Origin: Bispira polyomma
Lineage: Eukaryota
Length of the DNA stretch: 64,000 bases
Reading direction: 5' to 3'
Assembly: GCA_965649765.1 (NCBI GenBank)
Contig: OZ287748.1
Span: 34,658,001-34,722,000 of the forward strand
Position numbers and translations under genes: made by a program. Shown in pieces: positions 27,664-40,094 of the stretch; the first letter of the stretch is position 1; each line of letters begins with the position of its first letter. The notes under the pieces are model-generated. The model worked only from the letters and a program-made list of their open reading frames with translations, was not told the origin of the DNA and did no database searches.

Positions 27664-28635
27664 ATGCCAAGTATTAAAGATTTTAGTTGTTCCAAGTGTG
27701 GGGGAAAACATGAAAGGCCAGTCGGTAGAAAATGTGTTTATTTCGTTGCAATACGTGGCTGTCGCCGGCTCCAGTGAAGCTTCTGTCTCCTCTCCAGGCG
27801 ATCTGATTTCTGGACAAATTCTAACGCAGTTACAATCCATGACGGAAATGATGGAGAGGATGGATCAGCGAGTACAGCTCATGGAGGCGGCGATAGCGGG
27901 AGACCTCACCAAAAATCAGGCGGGTAGTAGCTTTCTTTCTATTAATTCAGTGGTCGAACCAAATGTCGAACCTAGTGCCAGTGATAATGTCATTCCTACT
28001 GTCAAATTTCTAAAGAAAAACTTGGCCATTCAGACTCAAGTAGAGCAGAGATTAGTAGAACTTAAAGCTTTGAACGAAAACCCTACCCAAGGTAAGCTTA
28101 AATCCCAGTGAGGCGGGGGTACTGAAGTTCTGGTCAAGAAATTGGTCGAATGGCCTCAAAATTATGTCCTTACTGGTAGTCTTAAAACTCGTCCAAGTTA
28201 TGACGACCTCACTCTGAGCCAGTGGGTCTGTGGTTTTACTAGGATAGTACAAGATGAGAAATCACCGGAAATCCGCGAAATTATGTTGGAATACATGGCC
28301 AACTTGATGGAGGACTCCCAGGATTTTTCCTGGGAGTCAGCCAAAGCTTGTCACGCCGTAATACTCTCCACTATGGAAATGGACAAGCTCAAGTGGACAG
28401 AAGTTGACAAAATTCATCGTTTAAGAAGGGCGCACGCCCAAAGGCACAGTGTTGGTAGTAGCAGTCAGGGGAGTAGCAAAAATAGTGCTAAGTCATCTGC
28501 AAATTCTTTCAAGAAGACACGTGCAAGCATCAAAACAACCATAAGACTGGCACTACATATTTCTGACATGTGTGTGAAGGGTGCGGGGGTAACCACAAGA
28601 ACTCGACTTGTCATAAGAAGGGTTAAAAAAACTAA
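27664..28635 (+). pseudogene. gag ORF1
   Basis: MPSIKDFSCSKCGGKHERPVGRKC; GKLKSQ*GG; WPQNY..YDDL..FSWESAKACHA; CEGCGGNHKNSTC; ends AAA AAC TAA. Confidence 0.88.
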
Positions 28636-28917
28636 GGGGCCACTGCAGTAATGCAGTGGGCGAAAAAGATAGAAAGTGAGTTCTCAGTCGCACTGTATAT
28701 AATAAGGATTTCGATTCATTTCACTTGTTTGACAAGTCGGTGATTAAAAAGATGTGTACATATAATAGAGGTATAGCAAGTAAACATAGTTACAGCGAAG
28801 TCGTGGTCAAACCGCGTAGTAGCAGTAAATGTGTAGAAAATTGTGTGTCAAAAGGTGTACATAAAAATACCAGTATCAATGTAAATGTATTGAAAGAAAA
28901 ATTAGGGGGCAAAGAAA

Positions 28918-30957
28918 GTGCTCTCTAGACATGCAAACAAAGCAACAGTGGGGGCGATCAGAGCTAGGCAAGCACACCAGGTAAGAGGGAATATAATACA
29001 CCCTATTGTGAAAGCTCGGGCTCCTGTACTTGTAAACAGAAATAAAAAGTCTATTGATTTTAACAAAGCAAACAACCAGTGGCAGATTGACACAACTAAC
29101 AGATTTAGTGTGCTTGGTCGGCCTGACACCTCCATTGTTGAGGGCCACAGTGACAACACTGGAATTAAGTGTTTATGGGACCCTATTGTTAGCAACACAA
29201 TGACCAGTGGGGGAGAGTTTAGTCCCAAAGGTAGGGCAAGTATTTCTCGTAAGGGGAGTTCACCCTCACAGGTCAGTATAAAGAAGCAGAACAAAAGGTG
29301 TTTAATCAAGGAAAGCCTTACCAGTGATGGATGTTTATTCAATTCCAAACAAAAGCAGAATAAGTGTGAATTGTTGAAAAAAGCAAAAACAAATGAAACC
29401 CACATCAAATGGCGTGAACAAAACAAGGTCCACTATGGTTTTATCCCTTTGAATACCTTGGGTACAAAAATATGGGACACTAGTTCAGAAAATCTGGGTA
29501 CTGACATTTTTAAAATGCACAAATTGCTGCGAAAAGATGGTAGGCAAAATTTTAAAGGTCTCCAATTACCAGTAAAATCTCAGCTTCACCCTGATAGGTG
29601 GAAACAGTATTTGAGCAAATATTGGGATTGGCAGTTACCTCTACTCATTAAATATGGGTTTCCTCTTGACGTATGTCGGGATAGTATTAGGCAATCAAAA
29701 TGGTCTAATCATAAATCCGCATTGGAATTTCCCGAACACGTCGATTTCTTTTTGAAGGAAGAATGCGACTTTGGTGCAATGCTTGGGCCATATATGGACC
29801 CTACAATCAAATATTTGCATTTCTCACCAATGATGACACAAGAAAAAACAACCTTGAGTAAAAGGTGGGTCATCGTTCATCTGAGCTGGCCGAAGGGCAA
29901 CTCAGTTAACGCTGGTGCTTCACCCACTACCTACTTGGGTACAGATTTTATACTGTCTTATCCTTCAATAGATCACTTAACAAATGAGATATTAAAACTG
30001 GGAAGGGGTTGTAAAATATTCAAAATTGACATTAGTAGGGCGTTTCGCCGTGTACCTATTGACCCTGGGGACATTGATTTGTTAGGCCTGAAGTGGGATT
30101 CTTACTATATAGATAAGTCAATCCCGTTCAGTTATCAGAACGGGAGTACTATCTTTCAGAGAATTTCAGATGCTGTAAGATACATAATGTGCTCTGAAGG
30201 TCATAATGTCCACAATTATTTGGATGATTTTTTATGCATCTTGCTTCCAGGTCAAATTGACAAAATTTATACACGTTTACAGGTACTACTTTCGGAACTA
30301 GGACTGACAGTCAGCAAAAAGAAATTAGTCCTTCCTAATACCGTTGTTATATGCCTGGGTATCAGTATTGATACGGTTAAATTTACTACCTCGATTCCTA
30401 GTGAAAAATCGCAAGAAATTAAGAATATCTGTGTCAGATGGAGAAGTAAAAAATCTTGTACCAAAAAAGAGCTTCAGTCTTTGCTAGGTTCTTTATTGTA
30501 TGTAGCAAAATGTATCAGATATGCAAGAGTATATTTAAATCGAATGCTCGCATTATTGAGAGACAACCATAACAAAACTAGATTTCCTCTGACGGAAGAG
30601 TTTACAAGAGACCTTAGGTGGTTTATAACGTTTATAAATCAATTTAATGGAGTTTCTTTTTTCAATCATAAGCCTGTGGACGCAAAAAATTGAGTTAGAT
30701 GCCTGCCTAACAGGCATGGGAGGCATATATAAAAACCAAGTATATAAACTTTCAGTCCCTACCCATATGTCTCATAATAATATTGCAGCACTTGAAATGC
30801 TCAATATATTGGTAGCTCTAAAATTGTGGGCGGAGGCCTGGCGGGGATTCCGAGTATTGTTTAAGTGCGACAACCAGGCGGTGGTTAGTGTCCTTGAAAC
30901 AAGGCGAACAAAAGATCCAATACTTGCTACGTATACTCGCAACATATATATGTGGAT
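28918..30957 (+). pseudogene. pol: RT intact across a 591-aa frame; RNase H frameshifted near 30690 and truncated
   Basis: KIDISRAFRRVPIDP, IPFSYQNGSTIFQR, YLDDF, KELQSLLG; then LDACLTGMGG, LEMLN and CDNQAVV. Confidence 0.95.
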
Positions 30958-31038
30958 AATAAAATCTTAAACCGCAATCTTTTACTTGGTTATCAAACTT
31001 CATATATTATGTAATAGGACGGCTACACAGGGGAACTG
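30957..31038 (+). repeat. Split direct repeat B1 (3' remnant)
   Basis: 82 bp with one mismatch to 32349-32430. Confidence 0.95.
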
Positions 31039-31189
31039 TAGTAGGCAGCACCCCGGCGCTGGCGTTTTCAGTTCACAGGGTACCAGTTTGAAGCAGCTAA
31101 TTAACCTCGTTCGGCTTACTATAAAAGACGGAGCATTATAAATTCTTCCGCCTTTCTTATTTTCATTTACTAGGAACAACTTCAAAACA
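31039..31189 (+). repeat. Split direct repeat A2
   Basis: Copy of 27411-27560, directly abutting B1. Confidence 0.95.
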
Positions 31190-31970
31190 CCCACCCTCCA
31201 CTGCCCTTTGTAACTCTTGTTTTCTCAGTTTCAGAATGTATGGCATGGGAGAGCAGTCTGCCAGCACCTCTGCCTCAGTAGCGTCAGGGCGATGCTCAGG
31301 CTTGTTGGATGTGGTATGTCGCCCATCCTCGCAATCTCACTGGCGTCCCGCCAGCTTGTACGCTAAGATGACGACCAGTTATACTATTCTAGGCCTGTGG
31401 ACATGGCTTTGACGAACGTTAGACCGATTGGGCGGGTCGCCGTTACAGTGTGGATGTGTGTATTATGTGGTTGCTGGACGGTGCTCTTCAGTGTAATGTT
31501 TAATTTAAGGGTTTTCATTTATGTGCTTCCTCTAGTAGGTTAAATGTCAAGCTTTAAGGGGCTGTATTATTCAGCCATTTAAGACTTTTGCAGCTGAGCT
31601 AGCTGAGGAAGTTAATTAAGTCGATTGTGGAGTCATCCTTACAAGAGACTTGTGATGTAGCATGTAAAATAGCAAAATGCTCATGAATATCACAGACTTT
31701 GCTAGATGTCAATGTTACCCTCTTTTATACTGCCTTTGGAAGGAGAGCTGCTATGTTCAAGGACTTTTAAAAAGTTATTTTAAAATTTTAGTTTTTTAAA
31801 CTTTTAAATTTCTCTTATATTTTACTTATCTTACAGACATACATTTATGCTTCTATTTTATATCATGCTTTTACACACAGTATTATAGTGGTCTGCCACA
31901 TGTTATGTGACAGAACATTTTCACTTTAATGTATGAAAATAAAAAATTACAGTAACTATATTACTGTACT

Positions 31971-32430
31971 GGGCATAAGGTCACCTTACATAACAGTACA
32001 TAATGTACTCTTTCCTCTCAAATTTGATTCAAGAATCTTAAACTGAAGTTATATTTAAGTCTACCTTAACATGAGGTTGCCTTACTGCAACCCTAAACTT
32101 TACATGTTTCTTTTGCCTTAACTTGATCTTAAATTCAACTTAAGTAATTGGTAGACTTAACTTAAGCTGGACATAAGTTTTGATCCTTGCTATACTTAAC
32201 TTAATTGTATTTCAAAAGGTTTATTTATGGTAGCCCTATTCTTAAACTAAGGCTACCTTAGAAATTTCATAATTCCTGTAGTTAAGGTGAACTTATGCCC
32301 TAAACTCAGAACTGTGTACATATAGTAGTCTAACATATTAATGCCTAGTAATAAAATCTTAAACCGCAATCTTTTACTTGGTTATCAAACTTCATATATT
32401 ATGTAATAGAACGGCTACACAGGGGAACTG
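31971..32430 (+). repeat. Split direct repeat B2 including the palindrome array and poly(A) signal
   Basis: 32349-32430 matches B1; the upstream GGTNACC array resembles the post-YR tails of other copies. The left limit is inferred. Confidence 0.8.
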
Positions 32431-35400
32431 ATGTGGCTTTCACCCCAACATCCTAATACCTCATGATTCCTTTTGTTGTTGACTACTACTTGTTTTCTTT
32501 CAACCAGAACAGCGAATATGCTGAGGAGTGCAGGTCTTTATATACCAAAACCCCAGTCAGAACAGAACAACTCAAATTACCTGACATTCCCAGCCCCCTA
32601 TTGGTTTAGAGATTTAGTATGTGTCCCAATTCTGAAGTAACAACTTCCTGCTGCACAAAGCATGAACACCACCTAGAAACTGTCACGTATGCAAACATAC
32701 TGCACAAATGTGGCAAGAGAAAGTAAAGTTACATATAACAAAACAAACAAAGGTTAGTATTTAATCAAATAATCTTAATATCCCCCTAATACATAATTCA
32801 ACACAACAAGACAGTATCAGTCCGTAATTGCTTAACCACTTCACTAGCGTAACCGATTCAGAGGCGATGACCCAGTCTAAAGTGGTATGATATTGATTGA
32901 GTTTAACATTAAGTTTGAGTGACTTTGAGTGACAAAAACTTTGTCCAATCTTTTAATTTCTGGTTTGAATCAAATAATCAGATGTAGATTTAATAGCTTT
33001 ATTTTTTCATATCATACCTAATGATTATTAGTTACCATTGAAAAAGAAGTGTAACTCCTTTTTGTCTGATAAAAGTCTATTAAAATGATATGATATATGC
33101 TGCCACACAGGAATTGGCACTCATTAAAACAGAAGAATGTTGGGCCAAACCTCAAGTAAGGACTAAAATATATCTTTACAACACATTGCTTTAATTAAAT
33201 GAAGCCAGTAAATGGGAAAAGATAAAAATGCAACAAGAACCAGACAAACAGACACTTCTGAGTCAGGGTAAAATATCAGTGCAACAATGTGAAGGTATTT
33301 ATCTGTGTGCTTTAATTTAAGCTACAAGATAATAATTATCTGTACTTATTTATCTATTTACTTTTTTCAGGGGTGTATATGAATAGTTAGTATTGCCCCC
33401 AACTTCAAGTTTTGTTTTGACCCATGTATATTTGTTTGTCACCAAAATTTTGTGGAGGGGTGGAGTTTGGACCAAGAAATATTTAACTATTTTTTTGGAT
33501 TTTTTAGTAGATACGGGTATAAAGGCAGATTTCGATTTTTTTTTTTTTTTTTTTGGGGGGGGGGGGGGGGGGCATTGTAACACCTTGGTGAGTGCACAAC
33601 TGAGTGTCCATATTACTATTAAAACCTAAGTTTATTTTGTAAACTAAATAAGTTCTTTAGTTACTATGTCATTTAAGAAAAGCTATCCCAACAAAGGAAA
33701 ACAAGACCAATAGAAATACTGGAAACCAAGTTCATCTTAAGCAACATCCAAAAAACTACTAACTAAAAACAACTGGCCTTCAGCAAGTCTACTGCTCACT
33801 TTCCCACATACATTCTGTGTCTGAGATTCATACCCACGACTGCCGAGATGAGAAGCCAGTGTTACCTCTGCCAATCAATAAAGCTGCTGAGATCAATGTC
33901 TTTTAGACTTGTCACAAGTCTTGTCCCTGTGTGAATAATATACAATATTTGTTCAACAGGAACAGCTGTGTTGTTTTATACAAAGTCATATCGTAAATAA
34001 TCACAAATTATCTATTGGATACCAGAAACCAATTCTAATACTGCATATATGGAGTACACCCTTTAAGAACCCATATATGTACTATAATCTGTGCTAATAA
34101 ATTGAATCTGTAAGCCGTCACTTGGGACAAGCTGATAATGGAGATGTTGGAAGCCTATTTAGACTGTAAGACACTGAACATTTGCCAGTTTCATGTATCT
34201 GATGTCCTTGTGGTGTACACGTGATATAAGAAGAACTCACTTAAGAACTCAATCTTGCAAATCACAATCATAGTGAACCTACATTACACCTTAAACTTAA
34301 AATATATATGAGCTAAAATGTTTCAAATAAGTGGAACATCAATGATAACTAGTATTACTCTATTATAGGTATTAACAAACAAATAGCTTTTATTATTGGC
34401 ATTTCTAGGGTTGTGATTTCAGCAGCGGCTAAGGCGAACCTTACATATAAAACCTTCACTCTGAGTAGTGACAAATCTGTCATCTTCACTTATTCTCTGA
34501 ATATCTTAAACTAAGTTTGTGTTTTTCAAAAATTCAATTCTGCAATTCATTTCAGGTCCTGTGACATCGAAATAATTCCTGACAAGTTTGATTAGGGACT
34601 TAAAACGTAAACGTAAAATACTTTGGTTTTGTAAATACATGTACATACACATACATAATCATATACATACATAATAAATATACAATAAAATAAATACATC
34701 AAATACATACACACATAAATTAGAGAGTTAATATTTGCGAATATAAATATATGGAACATCAATGCAGATAGGGAGAGTAAGTTGATAACATACCTTCGAC
34801 AAATAACTGTTTTGATAAAAAGTACATCACAGGCAATAAACATCATCACCAATTGTTAATTTTTCAGAAGCAAGGTAAAAACATTTTCTACAAATGTACC
34901 TTAAAGTCATTTTATTATTGGTGAAAAAGCCAATTTATGTTTATTAATTTTTAAAAGGAAAAGAAGTAAAAGTAGAAGTGTGTCCATATAAAAAGCAACT
35001 AGGCAAGTCCAGGAAAATCTTTCCATTTCTCTGAATTTACCTGCAAAGACCTTTTTAGGTCTTAATTTTATTATTATTTGTTACTTTAGACTTACAACAT
35101 TCTTAGGTTTGATCCAGTGCTTAAGTTTTACACTAAAGCTAAATTTGAAGATGCTATTTTAATTATAACATAAATAGCATGAGAAATAAAATACATTTTT
35201 TTACAAAAGTATGAAAATGAAGCATGTGTATCTGTCTAATCTTGCTGAATGCCAATATTTTGGCTTTAAACCATTTTGTACAATACGAAAATTATTATGT
35301 ATTCTACGTGCAAAATGTAATTGTGACATTTATAGGTAAAAGAGCTAAAATATAATCTCATTGCAGTAGCAGAAAAGGAAGTAGTGGATAAAGTTACTTT

Positions 35401-35643
35401 ACCAAAATTGTTATGGTGAGTTTGGGGGTAATAAACGCAAAGCTTCAGTCAGAATCGCCTGGTCCAAATTTGGACTCGTCCACTCTTGACCAATAGAGGC
35501 TGACCATCCAGTATATAAGCGGCTGCATCACTCCTCCACTTAATTATATTAAACTTTTATGTTAAATTAATTGAATAAATGCAATATAGGGTTTATTCCA
35601 TTTTAAATACTTTTAGTGACTGGTACTTCCCTGATTTTGTACT

Positions 35644-37033
35644 ATGGCGACTGCTCAACAGGATAATAATCAAAAGACTTCTGTGTTTTGTAAACGAGAG
35701 ACCAGAAAACTCGCATTGTTTAAAAACCCGACTTCCACAAAAGTTGGTAAGGAGTGTGATCGGCGTGAGGTGGGTCATCAAGAGACACCCTCCAAGGAGA
35801 GTGAACCGTCACATCGCCGTACTCACTCCAGCAAAAGCAATGACGCCATATTAAGCTCTGTCCTGGCTTCAGTGCAGAACCAACTGGTGTCATTAGAACA
35901 GATGGTTATAAGGCCTCTCTGCGAAAGTGGACACTCCTCGTTTGCGTGAGCCTGAGATTACCTCGGCCCCGAGAGTTGAGGCAGATGACCAAGAGCCCCT
36001 GTTTAACACGGGTGCAGTACTGACTAGTCCTTCTTCTAGGTATTCCAAGACATTTGAAGACACAGCAGTTCTTCTGCAGGACACGGTGAAAGCGAAGAAA
36101 ACTCCAGTCAAGAACAAGAAGCACAAGTTGACTTGAGAATGAGGATCTCGCCATGGGATGAGATCTCGCCTCTCACATATCAGGGTTGGCCCCAATACAA
36201 CCTCTCATGGGGAGTGGGAACTGGCAGCAACCAAACCGGCGGCCTGTACAGATACAACAGCCACACAACCCAACGTGTACTGCCACAGCTAGTGATGACA
36301 GGAAACGTGCTTTGGAGATGGACCCTGATGGCCCCACCACACTGGACTCCCTGAGATCTAATCCAATGGTGAAGGTCCTGGTGGATGAGTGGATTGCTGC
36401 ACTTGAGGCTTGTGTCAAACTGAAGATTGGGAAAGGTGGGCGGCGTCGCAAAAGCGGCAGATATAACACAACTGAGACTGCCTCCTCCCACATGAGATGA
36501 CCCAATGAGGCCTGGTTAATTGGGCCAAATAGGAAAAGAAGACAGACTTATGACCACTTGACAATGGGTAATTTTGTAATCGGCTTAGTTAAAAACATAT
36601 TAGACACACCTGAGCCCATCACTAGTAGGGCGATGCTGACTGAGATGGGCGAGACAATCAAACTTAGTGAGAATTTTTCCTGGAACATCGAGAGAGGGGC
36701 GTTTGCTGTCAGCATGCACCAATTCGATGATGGCTCTATTAACTGGACGGACACTCGCATCTTGGGGGACAACATGTTAATTTATTCCCAAACTGCAGCA
36801 GATCTGTGACCCTTCCTAAGACTACCCTTGTGGCAACAACTTCCACTACCAGTAAGAAGGTTGCGTGTAAATGGTGGAAAGAGGGCTCATGCTCTCATTC
36901 CAGTGACCACCAAGACAGTTCTGGACAGACTTTGTTTAGGCACATTTGCTACTACTGTTTTAAGGTCTTAAAACGGGCAAATAACCATACCGAGGCAGAA
37001 TGCCAAAACAAGAAGAAATCTACTACTGAATAG
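35644..37033 (+). pseudogene. gag ORF1, family B
   Basis: Fragments ending in CKWWKEGSCSHSSDH...HICYYCFKVLKRANNHTEAEC zinc fingers. Confidence 0.85.
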
Positions 37034-37040
37034 GACTAGC

Positions 37041-39126
37041 ATGACTGTACTGATTCATCACACCATGACTCTAATTTACTTAAGACTAGTGGTGGCGGGT
37101 GTTCTGTTTACACAACAGCCTCATCTCGTAGGGGGGTGGGGGGGGGGAGGCACGAGACTATCAATAGTTGACTCTTACAATTTAATTTCTAGCATGCATG
37201 GCTCTTATAACAACCTTAAAGACTTGAAAGTGAGTGTGTTTGTAGGCACTCCCCTTTTTAGACTTTGCACCCCTGAATGTGTCAGACATAACATGTGTTT
37301 CTGTAATAGTGCGGGTTCTCAACTCGTAGTTAATGATCCTCGAGATCAGATATCACAAGACACTTGTTGGGAGAGCCGGCCTCCCGTACACCAGGGTGTA
37401 GAAAAGAAAGTTAAGTTTAAAAATAAAGTTCCATTCAATAGAAAGTTTGGTTTTGTAGCTAGTGATACTTTGGCTATAAATGCCCCAGAGGGGCCTCAAG
37501 TTGATATTGATAGTTTAGAACATTATTTGTACATGGCAGACCAAATCAAGGACTCGGGTGTCCCCAACTATAAGGGTTGCAGATTTCCCCTTCCTTCAGC
37601 CTTTATTGGCAAGGTTGGAACGAGTATAGAAATGGTTATCATGATCAGAGGTTGTTTGACTATGTCAAATATGTTTTTCCATTGGGTGTAGCCCCCAATC
37701 ACCATATTAGCAGCACTGCCTCCGAGAATCATCACTCTGCGAAGTGTGAAATCAAAGCCATTGAAAAATACATTTCAATTAAATTTATAGAAGGAGCCTT
37801 ATTAGCCCCTTTCAAAATATTTTCCATTCGGATTTTACTTGGGCCCCCCTCAGGACCAGGAATAAAGATGGGGGCTCTTTTGTAGATATCTCATATGGGA
37901 ACACCTCAGTCAACCAAGCCATGTGCTGAGAAACCTATGATGGTAGTCAGTTTACATTAGTTATCCCCCACATTAATGATTTAATTCCTCAACTCACCCA
38001 GTTAGGTGATAAGGCCAGGTTATTTAAGGCTGACATTTCTAGAGCATTCCGTAACATCAGGATGGACCCTGTGGATGCTATTCATCTGGGCATCTCATGG
38101 GATGGCAGGTACTATCTGGATTGAAATTTGCCCTTCGGGGCTGTCCATGGCACTTCTATCTTCCAGCGATGCACAGATTTCATAAGATATATTAGAGTTT
38201 ACATGGTTACACAGTGTACAACTACATAGATGATATTTACGCAGTTTTGCATCAGGATCAGACACAAGCTGCTTTTGAAACTCTACTGGCAGTGATTAAA
38301 TCCTTAGGTTTTCCCCTCAACCCCAAGAAAATTGTTATTCCCACTACATGTATTACCATTATGAGCATACAAATTGATGTGACCAAACGAGAGTTCAGTA
38401 TTTCCCCTGAGAAAATAGAGGACATTATGACCACTTGTAAAACTAGCATTATAGCCCACCAGGTAACTAATTAATCACTACAATCACTATTAGGTAAGCT
38501 TCTGTACATATCCAAATGTGTCCCAGGTTCTCGAGTCATTATTAACAGGCTTCTGGCCTTACTGAGACTTAATAAAGATCAATGGGTTTTCCCTGCCGAT
38601 GAGGCATATCGAGAGGACATTTTATGGTTCATAGTCTTTTTACAGCAGTTTAACGGTATAGCGTATTATAAAAGTGAATCTCGCCCAGACGAGGTGTTTG
38701 TAGATGCAACTTTGACAAGGCTGAGGGGTGTGGAAAGACCACGTGTACTCGGTGGCCATTGCCCCACCCATATTAAACATTCTATCCATCAGCCACTATG
38801 AAATGTATAACGTCTTGGTGGCTCTAAGGTTGTGGGGTCCACAATGGCATAATTCAGATATTCATATTCGTTGTGATAATGAAAGTGCAATCAATGTAAT
38901 TACTACTGGTAAAACCAGAGACTCCTTTTTGGCCCTAGTTCTTTGGAATTTGTAGCTTATATTAGCAAAATACAATATAAAACTCATAGTATCACACATA
39001 CCAGGTAAACTTAATCAGACAGCTGACAAGCTGTCTCGTTCAAGTCAAAGTCAAGTCAGGAATGATTTTACTGACAGTGTCATAGAAAATGTACATCTGA
39101 ACATGATGTTTTTGTTTGATTTGTAA
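37041..39126 (+). pseudogene. pol: RT plus RNase H
   Basis: ENHHSA, KADISRAFRNIRMDP, LPFG, YIDD, VDATL, EMYN, CDNES and NQTADKLSR, with many shifts. Confidence 0.9.
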
Positions 39127-39132
39127 TTGTAG

Positions 39133-40094
39133 GCATGTCACCCCACTTGTTACCTATGTTGGATGCAGCTATGCAGAGATCCCTGCATGCTATACAAACC
39201 AGTACCCAGAGACAGTACAAAAATCAGTTTAGACTGTTTGTGGCATTTAATATTGTTTTTACCAGATTCATGATTGTGGGTCCGAGGCGACCATGTTAAT
39301 GTTTATAGAGTTTCTAGCATCACAAAGTGTAACATATGGGGTGGTCTTTAACTATATCTCTGCAGTGAAATTCTTTTTCATTAAATATTCCTTGCCCCAT
39401 ATGGTGTTTAAGGCACCAATGGTTAAAAAGGGCCTCAAGTCCCTCATGCACACAGGCCCTCGTACCATGAGAACCAAAGGTATTTTTTCCTTCCAGCAGT
39501 TGAATGAAATCTCACGTCTGTGCAACGTGTGTGAGAGTTCACTCACATATCTAACAGCCTTTTTAGTGGCCTTCTACAGCTTTCTCAGAATTTCCAGTAT
39601 TTCACCAAGCTCCAGTACACAGTATGACCCCACCAGGAATATTTGTAGGGAGGATGTCACATTTCAATACCCAGGTGCCCACATAGCATTAAAATGGACC
39701 AAAAATTTGCAGGGCACCAAGCCAACCTCACATTATAAAGTTACCCTGTGTAGAGAACCCCCTGATGTGCCCAGTTCGGGCCCTCAAGTCACTGCTTGAT
39801 AAGTTTAAAGCACCCCAAGATCCTCTATTCTTGATCGATCATTATGAGATATTGACGCAGTCTTTGCTTAGATGCAGTTTAGCCTCATTCTTGAGAATCA
39901 TGGAAGTGCCACTTTTAGGGCACGGTTTCCGTACCTTTCGTTGTTATGCATAGCATGGGAATGTAGATATGGATAGCATTCGTATGCATGGTATATGGAG
40001 GAGTAATGCAGTCTGGTCTTACACCAGCTCCAACACTTCTCAAACCAACACATTCTCTCTCACTTTTCAACATTTGGTAAACTCTTCTACATAG
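39133..40094 (+). pseudogene. Tyrosine recombinase, frameshifted
   Basis: FYSFLRISSI, KWTK, MCPVRAL, (H>R)TFR and HGIWRSNAVWSY. Confidence 0.88.

Larger units (their letters stand above)
27411..32430 (+). mobile_element. Ngaro-like YR retrotransposon with split direct repeats (A1-ORFs-B1A2-spacer-B2); YR deleted
   Basis: A1 and A2 are near-identical, B1 and B2 are near-identical, and gag, RT and RNase H lie between A1 and B1. Confidence 0.95.

Noticed and set aside
33060-33390. Membrane-protein exon or terminal exon in a background block (copies at 49560 and 62230)
   Set aside because: Copies differ by frame-breaking indels and stops; the apparent peptide similarity is expected from DNA identity alone.
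33350-33629. ORFs with poly-Pro/Lys or poly-Phe/Gly
   Set aside because: Artefacts of adjacent T and G homopolymer runs.
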